This document shows, in pieces, positions 44,651 through 54,979 of a stretch of DNA of 64,000 nt (position 1 is its first letter; the number at the start of each line of letters is the position of its first letter). Made by a program: the position numbers and the translations under genes. The notes under the pieces are model-generated. The model searched no databases. It was given only the letters and a program-made list of their open reading frames with translations, and was not told where the DNA came from. Origin of the DNA: an uncultured Gemmatimonadales bacterium (lineage in GTDB: Bacteria; Gemmatimonadota; Gemmatimonadetes; Longimicrobiales; RSA9); contig OY970192.1 of assembly GCA_963708135.1 (NCBI GenBank), positions 1,760,001 to 1,824,000 of the forward strand. The letters run 5' to 3'.

Positions 44651-46680
44651 CTAGCCCGAAGTTCCAGCGCGAGATTGGTATTAACTTGTTGCTGCCGATG
44701 CGGTTAGCTCTGGCAGCGGGTGCTTCGGTTCTGTCTACAACCGGCCGGAGAGCCCCAGGAGCTCGAAAGCTCGGCGCTGCAGGGGCGTCGGTTCAGTGAC
44801 GAGATCGAAGGTGGCCTCCGCGAGGCCGGGTGGGCTGCAGCGGTTCCTGGCGAGCGTGGCGAGGTCGGCCATGAGAGTGTGGAAGTCGTGGACGACCTCG
44901 CCGTTCTGCGTCCGCTTGGTGGCCGCCTTCTCCTCGGCGCCCCGGGAGCGCTGCGCCCGCGCGACGACCGAGGGGCGGCGGGCGCGGCCGGCGTCGGGCT
45001 CTCCGTCGCGGAAGAGGAGCGGAGCGAGGGCGCCCTGCATGTGCCAGAGGACATAGTAGGCCAGCATGCAGAGGAAGACGTGCGCGCGGACCCGGTCCGG
45101 GAGCCGGTGGTGAATCGGCCGCACCTCGAGGTCCACGGTTTTGAAACTGCGGAAGGCGCGCTCGATCCGGGCGAGATCCTTGTAGGCCTGGACGGCTGCC
45201 TCGCTGCCCAGCATGTCCGCGGGCACGCTGGTGCGGATCACGTAGACGCCGTCGAGGCTCGCTTCGCCCTCGATGCGCTCGGTGTTGCGGCGAAAGGTGA
45301 AACTCTCGTCGGTGATCTCGTAGTAGAAGTGCTTGCCCATCTTGTAGCGGCCGAGCACCCGGCCCACCCGGATCCCGATGGTGTCTTTGCCACGGAGCGG
45401 TCGGCGTTCGCGCAGGGTGGCCTTGCGGATCTTCTCCAACTCCCGCTCCGTACAGGCGAGCAGTTCGGCTCGCTTGCGCGCCCGCTCCTCGGCCAGGAAG
45501 GGATTCTTGCAGGCGATGAGCCGCTCTCCCGGGTGGTCTGCCGAGGTGATCTCAAAGAGGTCTTGCTCGTCGAAGAGCGAGAGCTGAAGCACCTCTTCCT
45601 CGACGAGGCTCGCAATGGCGGGAGCGCGCAGCGCACTGATCCAATCCAGCCCCTCCACCGGCCGCAGTTCGTCGCGGATGCGCGCCTCGGTGAGGAGCCC
45701 CCGGTCCGCCACAAACACCACCCGCCTCAGTCCGAAGCGGTCGCGCACCTTGTGGATCGCCGCGGCAAGCGTGGTCGGATCCGCCGTGTTGCCGGGGAAC
45801 ACCTCCACGGCCACCGGACAGCCGTCGCCGGCGCACAACAGCCCGACCACGATCTGCAGCTTGTCTTTCTTCCCGTCGCGGCTGTGGCCGAGCTTGGCCA
45901 ACGGGCAGCTGCGCCCTTCGAAGTACGTGGATGTCACGTCGTAGAGGAGCAGCGTGCCCTCCTTCAAGTGCCGCTCGGCCAGTGTGCGCTCGATCCGCCC
46001 CTGCCGCTGCCCCAGCCAGTCCAGCGCCGGATAGAGATCGTCCGCCGTAACCTCTCCCAGCTCGAGCACCTCCCCGAGCGTCGAGGTGGCCGTCGCCCGG
46101 GCCAGCCGGCGGGCGGTGGCCAGCTTCGAGGAAGGCTCCAGGATCCGGGAGACGATCATGCCCACCACCCGGTCCCGCTCGGGCGTGCGCCGGCTCGAGA
46201 GCAGCCGCTCGAGCCCCAGCTTCCGAAGCGTTCCCAGCACGGCCACCACATGCCCGTGCGGCAGGGTCCGCAGAACCCGCACACCCGCCTCCTCGGCGGG
46301 CACGAAGCGCTCGCCCCGCAACGCCCTCCGCACGAGCTCGATCACCGCGGGCGGCAGGTGCGAGATGTTGCCGACGGTCTCGTTCTTGACCTTGCCGCCT
46401 TCGCGGTACGTGCGGCGCAGCAGGTGAGTGACGTAGACCTTGCCCTTGTAGTGGCGGCGGGAGGTGGCCACGTGGACGGGGCCGGACCGAGCGGGCAAGG
46501 GGCAGCTCCGGGCGCATGGTTACCGTCTACAGTACACATGAAGCTACAGATTGGGGTGCACCCATGTCAATGGTCTTGATAGCTTCACGTTAGTGACTAC
46601 ATCCTGCAGCGCGAAATGGGGCTCAACCCCTTGCCCACCAAAGGATTGCACCCCTATCGTCCGGCGGAACTTCCGGCTAG
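44651..46680 (-). mobile_element. IS1634-family insertion sequence
   Basis: Ends CTAGCCCGAAGTTCC and GGAACTTCCGGCTAG (14/15 inverted match); CTAG at both ends. Confidence 0.88.
44735..46498 (-). CDS. IS1634-family DDE transposase
   Basis: LYDVTSTYFEG, GHSRDG, GNTAD, VADRG, IERAFR, RVRAHVFLCMLAY. Confidence 0.93.
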   Translation of the reverse strand: MPARSGPVHVATSRRHYKGKVYVTHLLRRTYREGGKVKNETVGNISHLPPAVIELVRRALRGERFVPAEEAGVRVLRTLPHGHVVAVLGTLRKLGLERLLSSRRTPERDRVVGMIVSRILEPSSKLATARRLARATATSTLGEVLELGEVTADDLYPALDWLGQRQGRIERTLAERHLKEGTLLLYDVTSTYFEGRSCPLAKLGHSRDGKKDKLQIVVGLLCAGDGCPVAVEVFPGNTADPTTLAAAIHKVRDRFGLRRVVFVADRGLLTEARIRDELRPVEGLDWISALRAPAIASLVEEEVLQLSLFDEQDLFEITSADHPGERLIACKNPFLAEERARKRAELLACTERELEKIRKATLRERRPLRGKDTIGIRVGRVLGRYKMGKHFYYEITDESFTFRRNTERIEGEASLDGVYVIRTSVPADMLGSEAAVQAYKDLARIERAFRSFKTVDLEVRPIHHRLPDRVRAHVFLCMLAYYVLWHMQGALAPLLFRDGEPDAGRARRPSVVARAQRSRGAEEKAATKRTQNGEVVHDFHTLMADLATLARNRCSPPGLAEATFDLVTEPTPLQRRAFELLGLSGRL

Positions 46681-49253
46681 CGCTTCACCACCTTCACCAT
46701 CCACGCGTCGGTGCGGTCGTTGCGCACGGTGACCACCGCGCGCTTCAAGTCATCCGAGATGGACACATCGGAGACCGGCAGGGGAATGGTGCCGAGGGAC
46801 TCCATCGCCCCCGGGCCGGTGAGCCGGTAGAGCGCGACCGACTGATCCGTGGGAAACACCGCCAGCAGGAGCGAGCCATCGGTGAGGAAGGCGGTGCCGG
46901 CATTTTCCGCGAAGATCGACTTCCACGGGGTGCTGGAGCCCTCGTCGAGGGAGATCATGCCCACGTCCAGGCCGTCCTTCTGCTCCGCATTCCAGCCCAG
47001 GTAGCTGATACGGCGGCCGGAGGGATCGGAGAGCATCTGTCCCAGGTCCCACAGGTCGGCGGGTTTGGGAATGACCCGGACGTGCCCGTGCTGGTTCACC
47101 ACGATCCGGTCGGCGGCGGCGGGAATCCAGCTCCATCCGCCGGCCACCGGCGTAAAGTCCACGATGCCGGAATCCGGAGGCAACTCGAACGTTTCCTGCT
47201 CGCCGCCGTCGCGCACATCCACCAGCGCGAAGTGCACCCGGCGATCGGGCCGGGTCGTGCCGAGGGCGAGGGTCACCGAATCGACCCAGTATGCGCCCAG
47301 CAGGCTGCCGGTCACCGGAAGCGTGAGCGTGTCGCCGCGGTCGTAGGGCGTGATCTCGATCCGCTCGTGCGGCTTTCCGTCGGTTGAGGGGAGCTCCCGG
47401 ATCCAGCGCAGCCGCGATCCGTCGGGCGCGATCTCCACCTGTACCGCGGCGGAGGTCTGAGCGATCCGAGCCGATTCGGGGAGACGTCCCGCCAGCAGGT
47501 CGGCAAAGGAGAGCTGCCAGACGCTATACTCGTAGGTTCCCTGGTCCAGCACCAGGCTGCGGCCGTCGCTGGTCAGCGAGAAATCCGTGATCGGACCGGG
47601 GATGGTATCCCAGCGGGCACTGAAGCGGCCGCGTGCGCGGTCGATCGGGATCCGGAGCAGGGAGAGGCTGGCGCCCGAGAGCCAGAGGGCGTTGGCCGCC
47701 TCCTGGCCGCCCAGAATATAAAAGTTGGAGTTGATCCGGCCGCCGATCCGGCCGTCGCGTCCCACCAGCTCCCAGACGCCGGCGCCGCCCTGGCGCACTT
47801 CGGCGAGGATCCACCCGCTGCCGGGTACCTCGAGCAGGCGTCCGATGCCGGATCCGGCCTGTTGCAGGTGGATGCTGTCGCGTGGCTCGCCCGCCAGCGT
47901 CGTGATCCGGAGCCAGAAATCCCGGGCGGACCCCATGGGTGGCCCGACCAGCAGGGAATCGCTGCCCAGGAATGTGGCCACGCCGTTGCCGACATAGCGC
48001 GGCGATCCGCCCAGGATTGAAACCAGCCAGCTGCCCAAGCGCTTGTCGATGGTACAGAACACCAGAAGATTGCGCCGGTCGGGGCTCCACTGGATGCCGT
48101 AGCCCGAAGTCGCGCCTTCCAGAATGACGCGTGATGCGGTGCCGCCGACATCGGTCACATTGACCGCATCGGTGCATCCACTCTCGCCGCAGCGGCGGCT
48201 GAAATAAGCCAGTTGCCTGCCGTCGCCCGAGACGGCCGGGCGCAGCACGTTCGCCGTGGCGGTGAGCTGGACCTTTGCTCCCAGAATGAGCCCGTGCGGG
48301 TGGGTGCCAAGCTTGGCGAGCAGGATTGCGGCGGCGAGGAGGACCACCCCGCCGCCTGCGGCGAAGGCCATCCAGCGCCGGCGCGAGCCCTCCCGCGCCG
48401 TCCCCGCCGCGCCCGCCTCCAGCGCTTCGCTGAACTCGCCGGCGCTGGCGAATCGGTCCGCCGGATTCTTGGCCAGGGCGCGGGCCACCGCCTGGGTCAC
48501 TCCGGGCGGAAGATCTTCGCGCAGCAGACCCAACGGCGTCGGATCCTCCGTCACCAAGCGGGCGATCATGGCCTGGGCGGTCGGCGCGGTAAGCGGCGGC
48601 ACTCCGGCCAGCATCTCGTAGAGCACGGCGCCGAGGGAATAGAGGTCGCTCCGGGCGTCGAGCTCACGCTGCCCCAGCGCCTGCTCCGGACTCATGTAGA
48701 GCGGGGTTCCCAAGGTGAAGCCGACCTCGGTCAGGCGCGTCCCACCCGCTTCGCTCACCGCCAGGGCGATGCCGAAATCCGTGAGCATCGCCTCCCCCTG
48801 GTGCAGTAGAATATTCTCCGGCTTGATGTCCCGATGGATCACGCCGTGCCGGTGGGCCACGTCCAGCGCGCCAGCGATCTGCCGGGTGAGATCCAGGGCC
48901 TCGGTCAGGCCCAGCCGCTTGTCCCGCGACATCCGTTCCCGCAGGGAGGCGCCAGCCACGTAGGGGATGACGCAATACAGCAGGCCCCCCTCAGCGCCGG
49001 AGTCGATGAGGGTCAGGATGTGCGGATGGTCCAGCCGAGCGGTGATGCGAATTTCGGAAAGGAAGCGGGAGACGCCCATCAGCAGGGCCAGCTCGGGGCG
49101 CAGCACCTTGAGGGCTACCTGCCGGTCGTGGCGCAGGTCGGCAGCGAGGTACACAGTCGCCATGCCTCCCCGTCCGATTTCCCGCTCGATGCGGTAGCGA
49201 CCGGCCAGGACGGCGCCCGGCTCGGGCATGCCGCCGGCTGCGGTATCTGTCAT
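46677..49253 (-). CDS. Ser/Thr kinase with TM and PD40/WD40-like beta-propeller
   Basis: GRGGMA, HRDIKPEN, DFG, SPE; SGDGRQLAY and WSPD repeats. Confidence 0.92.
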   Translation of the reverse strand: MTDTAAGGMPEPGAVLAGRYRIEREIGRGGMATVYLAADLRHDRQVALKVLRPELALLMGVSRFLSEIRITARLDHPHILTLIDSGAEGGLLYCVIPYVAGASLRERMSRDKRLGLTEALDLTRQIAGALDVAHRHGVIHRDIKPENILLHQGEAMLTDFGIALAVSEAGGTRLTEVGFTLGTPLYMSPEQALGQRELDARSDLYSLGAVLYEMLAGVPPLTAPTAQAMIARLVTEDPTPLGLLREDLPPGVTQAVARALAKNPADRFASAGEFSEALEAGAAGTAREGSRRRWMAFAAGGGVVLLAAAILLAKLGTHPHGLILGAKVQLTATANVLRPAVSGDGRQLAYFSRRCGESGCTDAVNVTDVGGTASRVILEGATSGYGIQWSPDRRNLLVFCTIDKRLGSWLVSILGGSPRYVGNGVATFLGSDSLLVGPPMGSARDFWLRITTLAGEPRDSIHLQQAGSGIGRLLEVPGSGWILAEVRQGGAGVWELVGRDGRIGGRINSNFYILGGQEAANALWLSGASLSLLRIPIDRARGRFSARWDTIPGPITDFSLTSDGRSLVLDQGTYEYSVWQLSFADLLAGRLPESARIAQTSAAVQVEIAPDGSRLRWIRELPSTDGKPHERIEITPYDRGDTLTLPVTGSLLGAYWVDSVTLALGTTRPDRRVHFALVDVRDGGEQETFELPPDSGIVDFTPVAGGWSWIPAAADRIVVNQHGHVRVIPKPADLWDLGQMLSDPSGRRISYLGWNAEQKDGLDVGMISLDEGSSTPWKSIFAENAGTAFLTDGSLLLAVFPTDQSVALYRLTGPGAMESLGTIPLPVSDVSISDDLKRAVVTVRNDRTDAWMVKVVKR

Positions 49254-49363
49254 ATGGCGCAAGCGTATCGGACGCGCCGCGCGGAGGCAAGGGTGGGCCG
49301 GGTATCAGGGACAAGGCATGAGGGATTGGGTGTCTAACTGTCCCGGTTAGGTTCCCAGCCCGA

Positions 49364-49401
49364 GGGATTGGTGATTGAGGATTGAGGATTGAGGAACGAG
49401 G
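49364..49401 (+). repeat. Heptamer tandem repeat (GATTGAG)n
   Basis: ggattgg-tgattgag-gattgag-gattgag-gaacgag. Confidence 0.7.
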
Positions 49402-49498
49402 TATCTTCAGAAGGTGTGGAAACGAGCAGAAGGCGGTGACACCTTTCGGTTGAGCCATCAACCACGGGCCTCGTGCCCGCACGAAAGGAGCCACCGCC

Positions 49499-50220
49499 GT
49501 GTCAAAGGTAACCAAGGAAGCGTCCTCGTCGTCAAGCGTGGTATGGGGACAGCTGGAGGGCTTTGCCCGCGAGCAGGTTCAGGTATTCGTCCAGCGGCTG
49601 CTCGCGGAAGAGATCGAAGGGCTCCTGGGCCGGCGGAAGTCGGAGCGGCGAGAGCCCGGATCGGAGCCGGTCTAGCGGAACGGCTACGGCAAGGCGCGTA
49701 GGCTGGCGTTGTCGAACGGCACGATCAAGGTTCGGCGCCCGCGGGTTCGAGGGCTGGAAGAGCGGTTCGAGAGCCGAATCCGTCCGCTGTTCAAGCGGCG
49801 CACGGAGGAAGTCAGCCATCTCCTGCCCCAGCTCTACCTGCACGGGCTGGCGCTCGGCGACTTCGAGCTCGCGCTGAGGGGGCTGCTGGGGGACGCTGCT
49901 CCCCTTTCGGCTGCTTCGATCGCTCGGCTGAAGGCGCAGTGGCAGCTCGAGTTCCAGGAGTGGCGGAGCCGTTCGCTGGCCGAGCTCGACATCGTGTACT
50001 GCTGGGCGGATGGCCTGTACGTAAAGGCCGGCATCGACGACGGCAAGGCGGCGCTCCTGGTGATCATCGGTGGGACCCGCGAGGGCGAGAAGGTCGTGCT
50101 CGCCGTGGAGAGCGGGCAGCGGGAGTCGCGCGAGTCGTGGCTGGGCGTACTGCGCGACCTGAAGGCCCGCGGCATGAACGCGCCCCGACTCCTGGTCGCC
50201 GACGGCCACCTGGGCATCAT
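49499..50220 (+). pseudogene. IS256-family transposase, nonsense mutation and 3' truncation
   Basis: RBS AAGGAG with GTG start; TAG at 49673 before RNGYG; WADGLY, DLKARG, VADGHLGI, then ends. Confidence 0.88.
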
Positions 50221-50233
50221 TGACCTGCCGGCG

Positions 50234-50288
50234 CCAACGACACACCTTGCCGAAGGTCACCGAAAGGGCGTTTGGATTCTCTGTCCCT
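50234..50288 (+). mobile_element. Orphan degenerate IS91/ISCR oriIS end
   Basis: 42/55 identity to 56706-56760. Confidence 0.75.
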
Positions 50289-50608
50289 GACGGCGCGCCG
50301 AACCCGGTGACCGCTTCGCGATCCACGCGCGCCTTCTGCGTGGAACAGGCCAGGTCGGGGACGGCCTCCCTGTACAGTCGTTTTCTGGGGATTCCCGCCG
50401 ACTCCCTCGACTCCCGGCGCGGTCACCTCAACCGCCGCATCTGGACGGGGCGCCTCGAGGAGATGGTGCCCCGCGAGCACATGGAAGCGGAGGTGGCGAG
50501 GCTGTGCGAAGCGCGCCGGGCGCAGTATTTCTCGGAAGTGACCGGCCGGGAGGACGCCCGCGCGCTGCGGGAGCGCGGGGACCGGGCCGGCTGACCGTGA
50601 AGGTGAGC

Positions 50609-51430
50609 ATGGACTACGACGCAGCGCTCAGGGTGCAGCCGGGAACCGCGCGGCTGGCGGACATCGATCCCGGGTTCGAGGCCGACCACCTGAGCAAGAA
50701 GGAGGCGAAGCTGGAGCTGGACCGCAAGCGCAAGAAGGTCCGCGACATCCAGGGCCTTCTGTACGCAACGCCGGTCCCTCCCTCCTCGTGTGCCTGCAGG
50801 GCCTGGACACCGCCGGCAAGGACGGGACGATCAACCTCGTATTCAGCGCCATGAACCTCCACGGGGTGCCGCGTGGCGGGAGTCAAGCAGCCCTCGGCCG
50901 AGGAGATGGCGCACGACCTCCTGTGGCGGATCCACCGGCACACTCCCGGCCTCGGCGAACTCGTGATCTTCAACCGCTCGCACTACGAGGACGTGCTCGT
51001 GGTGCGGGTGCACGACCTGGTCCCGAGGGACGAGTGGTCCGTGCGCTACGACCGGATCAACGACTTCGAGCGCGAGCTGACCAACCACGGGACCGTCGTT
51101 CTCAAGTTCTACCTCCACATCTCGCTGCGGGAGCAGCTCAAGCGCTTCCGGGACCGACTGGAGCAGCCGGACAAGCAGTGGAAGATCAGCGAGTCCGATT
51201 ACGCCGAGCGGCCGTACCGGGACGAGTACAGGCAGGCATACGAGGAGGCGCGGTCCCGGTGCTCCACCGAGCACGCGCCGTGGTTCGTGATCCCGGCCGA
51301 CAAAATGTGGTTCCGGAACCTGGCCATCGCGCACATCGTCGTCGAGCGGCTGCAGGCGCTCGGCCTGGGCTACCCGGAGCCCACCGTGGACCTGGACCAC
51401 ATCCGCCGCGAGTACCGCGACGCCGGGGGC
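50609..51430 (+). pseudogene. ppk2: Polyphosphate kinase 2 with frameshifts
   Basis: LQGLDTAGKDG, KQPSAEE..HD.LWR, FNRSHYEDVL and APWFVIPAD occur across three frames. Confidence 0.88.
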
Positions 51431-51895
51431 CGCCGAGGCCGTGGACGGGCGGGATGCGGCCGGTATGGCGCCGGCGGGGAGCGGCGCGGAAGGACCCGGA
51501 GGTTCGATGACCGGCAGTCATCCGCCCCGGACGGCGCTCGGCTGGCTCGACTCGGCCAACCTCCTCGCCCAGGTGGTGGCGAAGAGCTACGGCCTGGACT
51601 TCTCCGGCCGCGCCGACCCGCCCAAGGAGCTCACGATGGCGGGCCGGTTCGCGGCGCCTCCCGCGCACCCGGGCCGCTGGCCGGCGCTCCGCGTGCCGCT
51701 CCCGGCCTCGGCGTTCTTCGCCACGAAAGCCGAGAGCTTGCGGACCGAATTCGAGCCGGGACACCCCCGCATCACGGAGCCGGCCGCGTCGCGGCGGGAC
51801 GCCATCGTAGCGGACGGTGTCGATCGACTGGCGCACTCCGTCAGGCCAGAGGCGGGGTCCTCGAGCTCGGGGCACGCGAAGCGAGGCACGCCCTC

Positions 51896-53692
51896 ATGAG
51901 GTCGCTGGAGCTTCCCGACCGGGTCCCGCCGCTTTCGGGCTGGTTCCTGCAGATGTACCGCCTGGTGTGGATCGTGGTCGGCGCGGGCGCGGTCGCCAGC
52001 ATGGTCATGGCCTACCGGATGGAGGTCCGGGCGCAGGCCGCCGTCCGCGCCGAACACGATGTCGGGCTCGTAACGGAGGGAGTGGCTCCCGAAGGCGTGC
52101 GCGTGCGCCCGTTGGGTGGCATGGCGCGGCGCGCCGGAGTCCGCGACGGCAATGTGCTCCTTCGGGTCAACGGTGAGCCGGCGCGGGTCGAGGCCGTGCC
52201 GCTCGGCAGGATGCTCGACGGACCCGAAGGCGGAACGGTCGCGGTCACGCTGAAGCAGCTCGACGGCCGGGTCCAGGACGTCACGCTGGTCCGCAGCAGC
52301 GCCTACCTGCGTGACGCCTACGCCGGCAGCGGGCTGACGTTCGCCCGCCGCCGCTGGATCGAGTTCAGCATGAACATGCTGCAGATGGTGCTGATCTTCC
52401 TGGCGGCGATCCTGCTCTTCCTGCGGCGCTCGCGTGAATCGGTTGCGGCGATGTTGGCGTTGGCGCTGCTGCTGATGCTGATCTCCGAGCAGGGGCTAGG
52501 ACTACCGGCATGGACACAACGGGTCGGCCTGGCGTCATGGAGCGTCCTTTTTTCGCTGGGAATCCTGCTGTTTCCGGACGGACGCTTCGTGTCGCGCTGG
52601 ACATGGGCCGGCGTGGCGGTGAGCGCCGTTCAGACAGTGTACTTCGTGGCCGCACGCTACTACTCGCCCATCCTGGTCGTCATCCTCGGATCCTACCTCG
52701 CCACGCTGGCCGTGGCGGTGACCGTTCGCTACCGCAAGACGCCGCCGGGCACCGAGCGCCAGCAGATCAAGTACTTCGTCCTGGGCGTGGCGGGGTGGGC
52801 CGGCTGCTTCATCCTGTCCATGTTCGCCACGCCCGCGATGCGTTGGGTCACTGACGAAGGGAGCCGCGCCTGGCTCTTTCTGGCTCAGAACGCCGTCGAA
52901 GCGCTGGGAGACATCCTGCTCGGCCTCGGCCTGCTCACGTCGCTGCTGCGTTATCGGCTCTACGACGCCGACAGCGCCATCAGCCGCTCGGTGGCCATCG
53001 GAGCCCTGACGGTCACGATGGTCGCCATCTTCGCCGGCTCCGAGCAGCTCATAGGGGCCCTCGGCGAGCAGTATTTCGGCCAGGACCTGGGCATCATGGC
53101 GAGCGGGCTGGGCGCGGCGGTGGCGGCGGCCATGATCGCTCCCCTGCACCACCGCATGCACGCCTGGGCGGAGCGGCGCTTCCGCACCGGTCTGGCCCGT
53201 CTGCGCGACGATTTCCCGCTGCTGCTGGCGGACCTGAGGGAGACGATGTCGGTGCGCGGAATCGCCGAGACCGTGCTGGACGTGGTCCTGCCCGTGGTGC
53301 GAGCCACGCGTGGAGTCGTCGTAGTGGGCGGGGCGGTCGAGGCGACGCGGGAGGTCCTCGGCGAGGCGCTCGATCGCTGGCGTGCCGATTGGTCGTGGGA
53401 GTCAGAGTCAGGGCTCGCCATCGACGGTGGCGATTCGCTGCTGCCGGTGCGCGTGCTCCTGGAGGCGCCCGGCCACGGCGCCATGGGCTGGCTGCTGCTG
53501 GGCCCACGCCCGGACGGAAGCCTGTTCGGCAAGGACGAATGCGAAGCGCTGACGCGGCTCGCCGACCCGCTGGCGCGCGCGCTCGACATCGCCCGCCAAC
53601 GCGACGAGCGCGAGGCCGGGTACGAGCGCCGGATCGCCGCACTGGAGGCGGCCATCCGGCCGGGATCGGAACACGTCGGAAGAACTGCCTGA
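51896..53692 (+). CDS. PDZ plus multi-TM plus GAF-like membrane protein without recognisable output domain
   Basis: ARRAGVRDG..LLRVNG PDZ; RQQIK and LLRYRLYD sensor-type TM motifs; LLLGPRPDGSLF..DE. Confidence 0.72.
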   Translation: MRSLELPDRVPPLSGWFLQMYRLVWIVVGAGAVASMVMAYRMEVRAQAAVRAEHDVGLVTEGVAPEGVRVRPLGGMARRAGVRDGNVLLRVNGEPARVEAVPLGRMLDGPEGGTVAVTLKQLDGRVQDVTLVRSSAYLRDAYAGSGLTFARRRWIEFSMNMLQMVLIFLAAILLFLRRSRESVAAMLALALLLMLISEQGLGLPAWTQRVGLASWSVLFSLGILLFPDGRFVSRWTWAGVAVSAVQTVYFVAARYYSPILVVILGSYLATLAVAVTVRYRKTPPGTERQQIKYFVLGVAGWAGCFILSMFATPAMRWVTDEGSRAWLFLAQNAVEALGDILLGLGLLTSLLRYRLYDADSAISRSVAIGALTVTMVAIFAGSEQLIGALGEQYFGQDLGIMASGLGAAVAAAMIAPLHHRMHAWAERRFRTGLARLRDDFPLLLADLRETMSVRGIAETVLDVVLPVVRATRGVVVVGGAVEATREVLGEALDRWRADWSWESESGLAIDGGDSLLPVRVLLEAPGHGAMGWLLLGPRPDGSLFGKDECEALTRLADPLARALDIARQRDEREAGYERRIAALEAAIRPGSEHVGRTA

Positions 53693-53877
53693 GGCTGGAG
53701 ATCTCGTTCCCGGGCTCTTCGGCTCCCTCGAGCCCCGCGACTCGGCGCCCGCCGCATCACCGGCTCCTCCCCCGATCTCGGTCGAGACCGTCGGTCCGGT
53801 TGGCTCGACTCACTCCGCCCTGGCATCCCGACCAACACCGGCCGGATCGGGGGGCTCCTTCAAAGGACTTCGCATTC

Positions 53878-54534
53878 ATGCCATCGGAACGATCCGAAAC
53901 CCCGCCTGACGATCCCCTTGGTGGTCGACACCCGACCAGTCATGAACAGATGGCGGGACGGCCCTGGGGCGCGTCATACCACGACGGCCCTGCGCCCTGG
54001 GATATAGACCGACCGCAGCCAGCCATTGTCCGCCTGGCGTCCCAGGGGAGTGTTCGCGGGACCGTACTCGATGCCGGTTGCGGGACGGGCGAGAACACTC
54101 TTCACATCGCGTCGCTGGCATTGCCCGTTCTGGGGGTCAACGTGGCGGAAACCGCCATCGCCCGACGGAAGGCCGACGATCGTGGGATCGAAGTCGAGTT
54201 CGCCGCGGCCGACGCGCTCCACCTGGAGAGCCTGGAGCGCACATTCGAGACGGTGCTGGACTGCGGACTGTTTCACACATTCGACGCCGACGAGCGAGCG
54301 ACGTACGTGGCGAGTCTCGGATCGGTGACCGGGCGTAGTGGTACCCTGTACGTATTGTGCTTCAGTAACGAGGATCCCGATACGGGGCCCCACACGATCC
54401 GCCCGGACGAGCTGAGAGCGGCGTTCACCGCCGCCGGTGGATGGAGTATCGCCGAGCTGAGCGCGGAGCGCATCGAGACGCGATTTCACGACAACGGCGC
54501 ACCGGCCTGGTTGGCGACCATCCAAAGGATTTAG
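53878..54534 (+). CDS. Class I SAM-dependent methyltransferase
   Basis: APWDIDRPQP, VLDAGCGTGEN, VLDCGLFH. Confidence 0.85.
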   Translation: MPSERSETPPDDPLGGRHPTSHEQMAGRPWGASYHDGPAPWDIDRPQPAIVRLASQGSVRGTVLDAGCGTGENTLHIASLALPVLGVNVAETAIARRKADDRGIEVEFAAADALHLESLERTFETVLDCGLFHTFDADERATYVASLGSVTGRSGTLYVLCFSNEDPDTGPHTIRPDELRAAFTAAGGWSIAELSAERIETRFHDNGAPAWLATIQRI

Positions 54535-54632
54535 GCGTGCGTGGGCGCGCGCCGGCGGACCTGGCAGCGCCTCGGCGGACCCTCGCGCGTGCAGCACCGC
54601 CGAGCGGCCCTTGGTGGCGCCGGGCGGCCTCC

Positions 54633-54794
54633 TCAGTCCTGCGGCGCCATCGGCAGCTCGCGCACGTGCCGGCCCGTGAGCGCGAACCAGGCGTTGGTGA
54701 GCGCCGGGGCGGCGGGTGGGAGGCCCGGCTCGCCGACCCCCCCCGGGTCCTCGCGGCTGTCCACGATGTGCACGTCGATCTCGGGCGCCTCCAG
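54633..54794 (-). pseudogene. C-terminal fragment of a xanthine dehydrogenase/IorB-type molybdopterin subunit
   Basis: EAPEIDVHIV...GGVGEPGLPPAAPALTNA..ALTG..RELP. Confidence 0.85.
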
Positions 54795-54819
54795 TGGAGC
54801 CGGCGGGAGTCGAACCCGC
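54795..54819 (-). other. Isolated 3' end of tmRNA/tRNA-Ala (att-like), not a full gene
   Basis: GCGGG-TTCGACT-CCCGC T-arm plus CGGCTCC-A acceptor strand with U70 and A73. Confidence 0.78.
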
Positions 54820-54979
54820 ACCAGATCCCCCACCCCCGGATCGCGATTCGCCAGTAACCGCAACAACTATGAGCGGTTTCGACCGTCGGGGTGTGGGCCG
54901 CCAGGTCCGGCGCTGACGGCCGGCGCGTTGTCCCGCTCCGCCATGGTGGTGCCCCGGGTCTCGTCGAACCCTTCGGGGC

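Noticed and set aside
50290..50594. Possible gene 3' end upstream of ppk2
   Set aside because: No start codon and no motif I can assign.
51507..51899. Possible small CDS MTGSHPPRTALGWLDSANLL
   Set aside because: It has an RBS-like GGAGG but no recognisable family and degrades into low-complexity sequence; probably another scrap.
50873..53692. 939-aa PPK2-membrane protein fusion ORF
   Set aside because: The PPK2 N-terminus is in other frames, the linker is Arg/Gly-rich off-frame sequence, and the membrane protein has its own ATG at 51896.
54740..54900. Complete tRNA or tmRNA gene
   Set aside because: No matching 5' acceptor strand, D-arm or anticodon arm, and no CCA.
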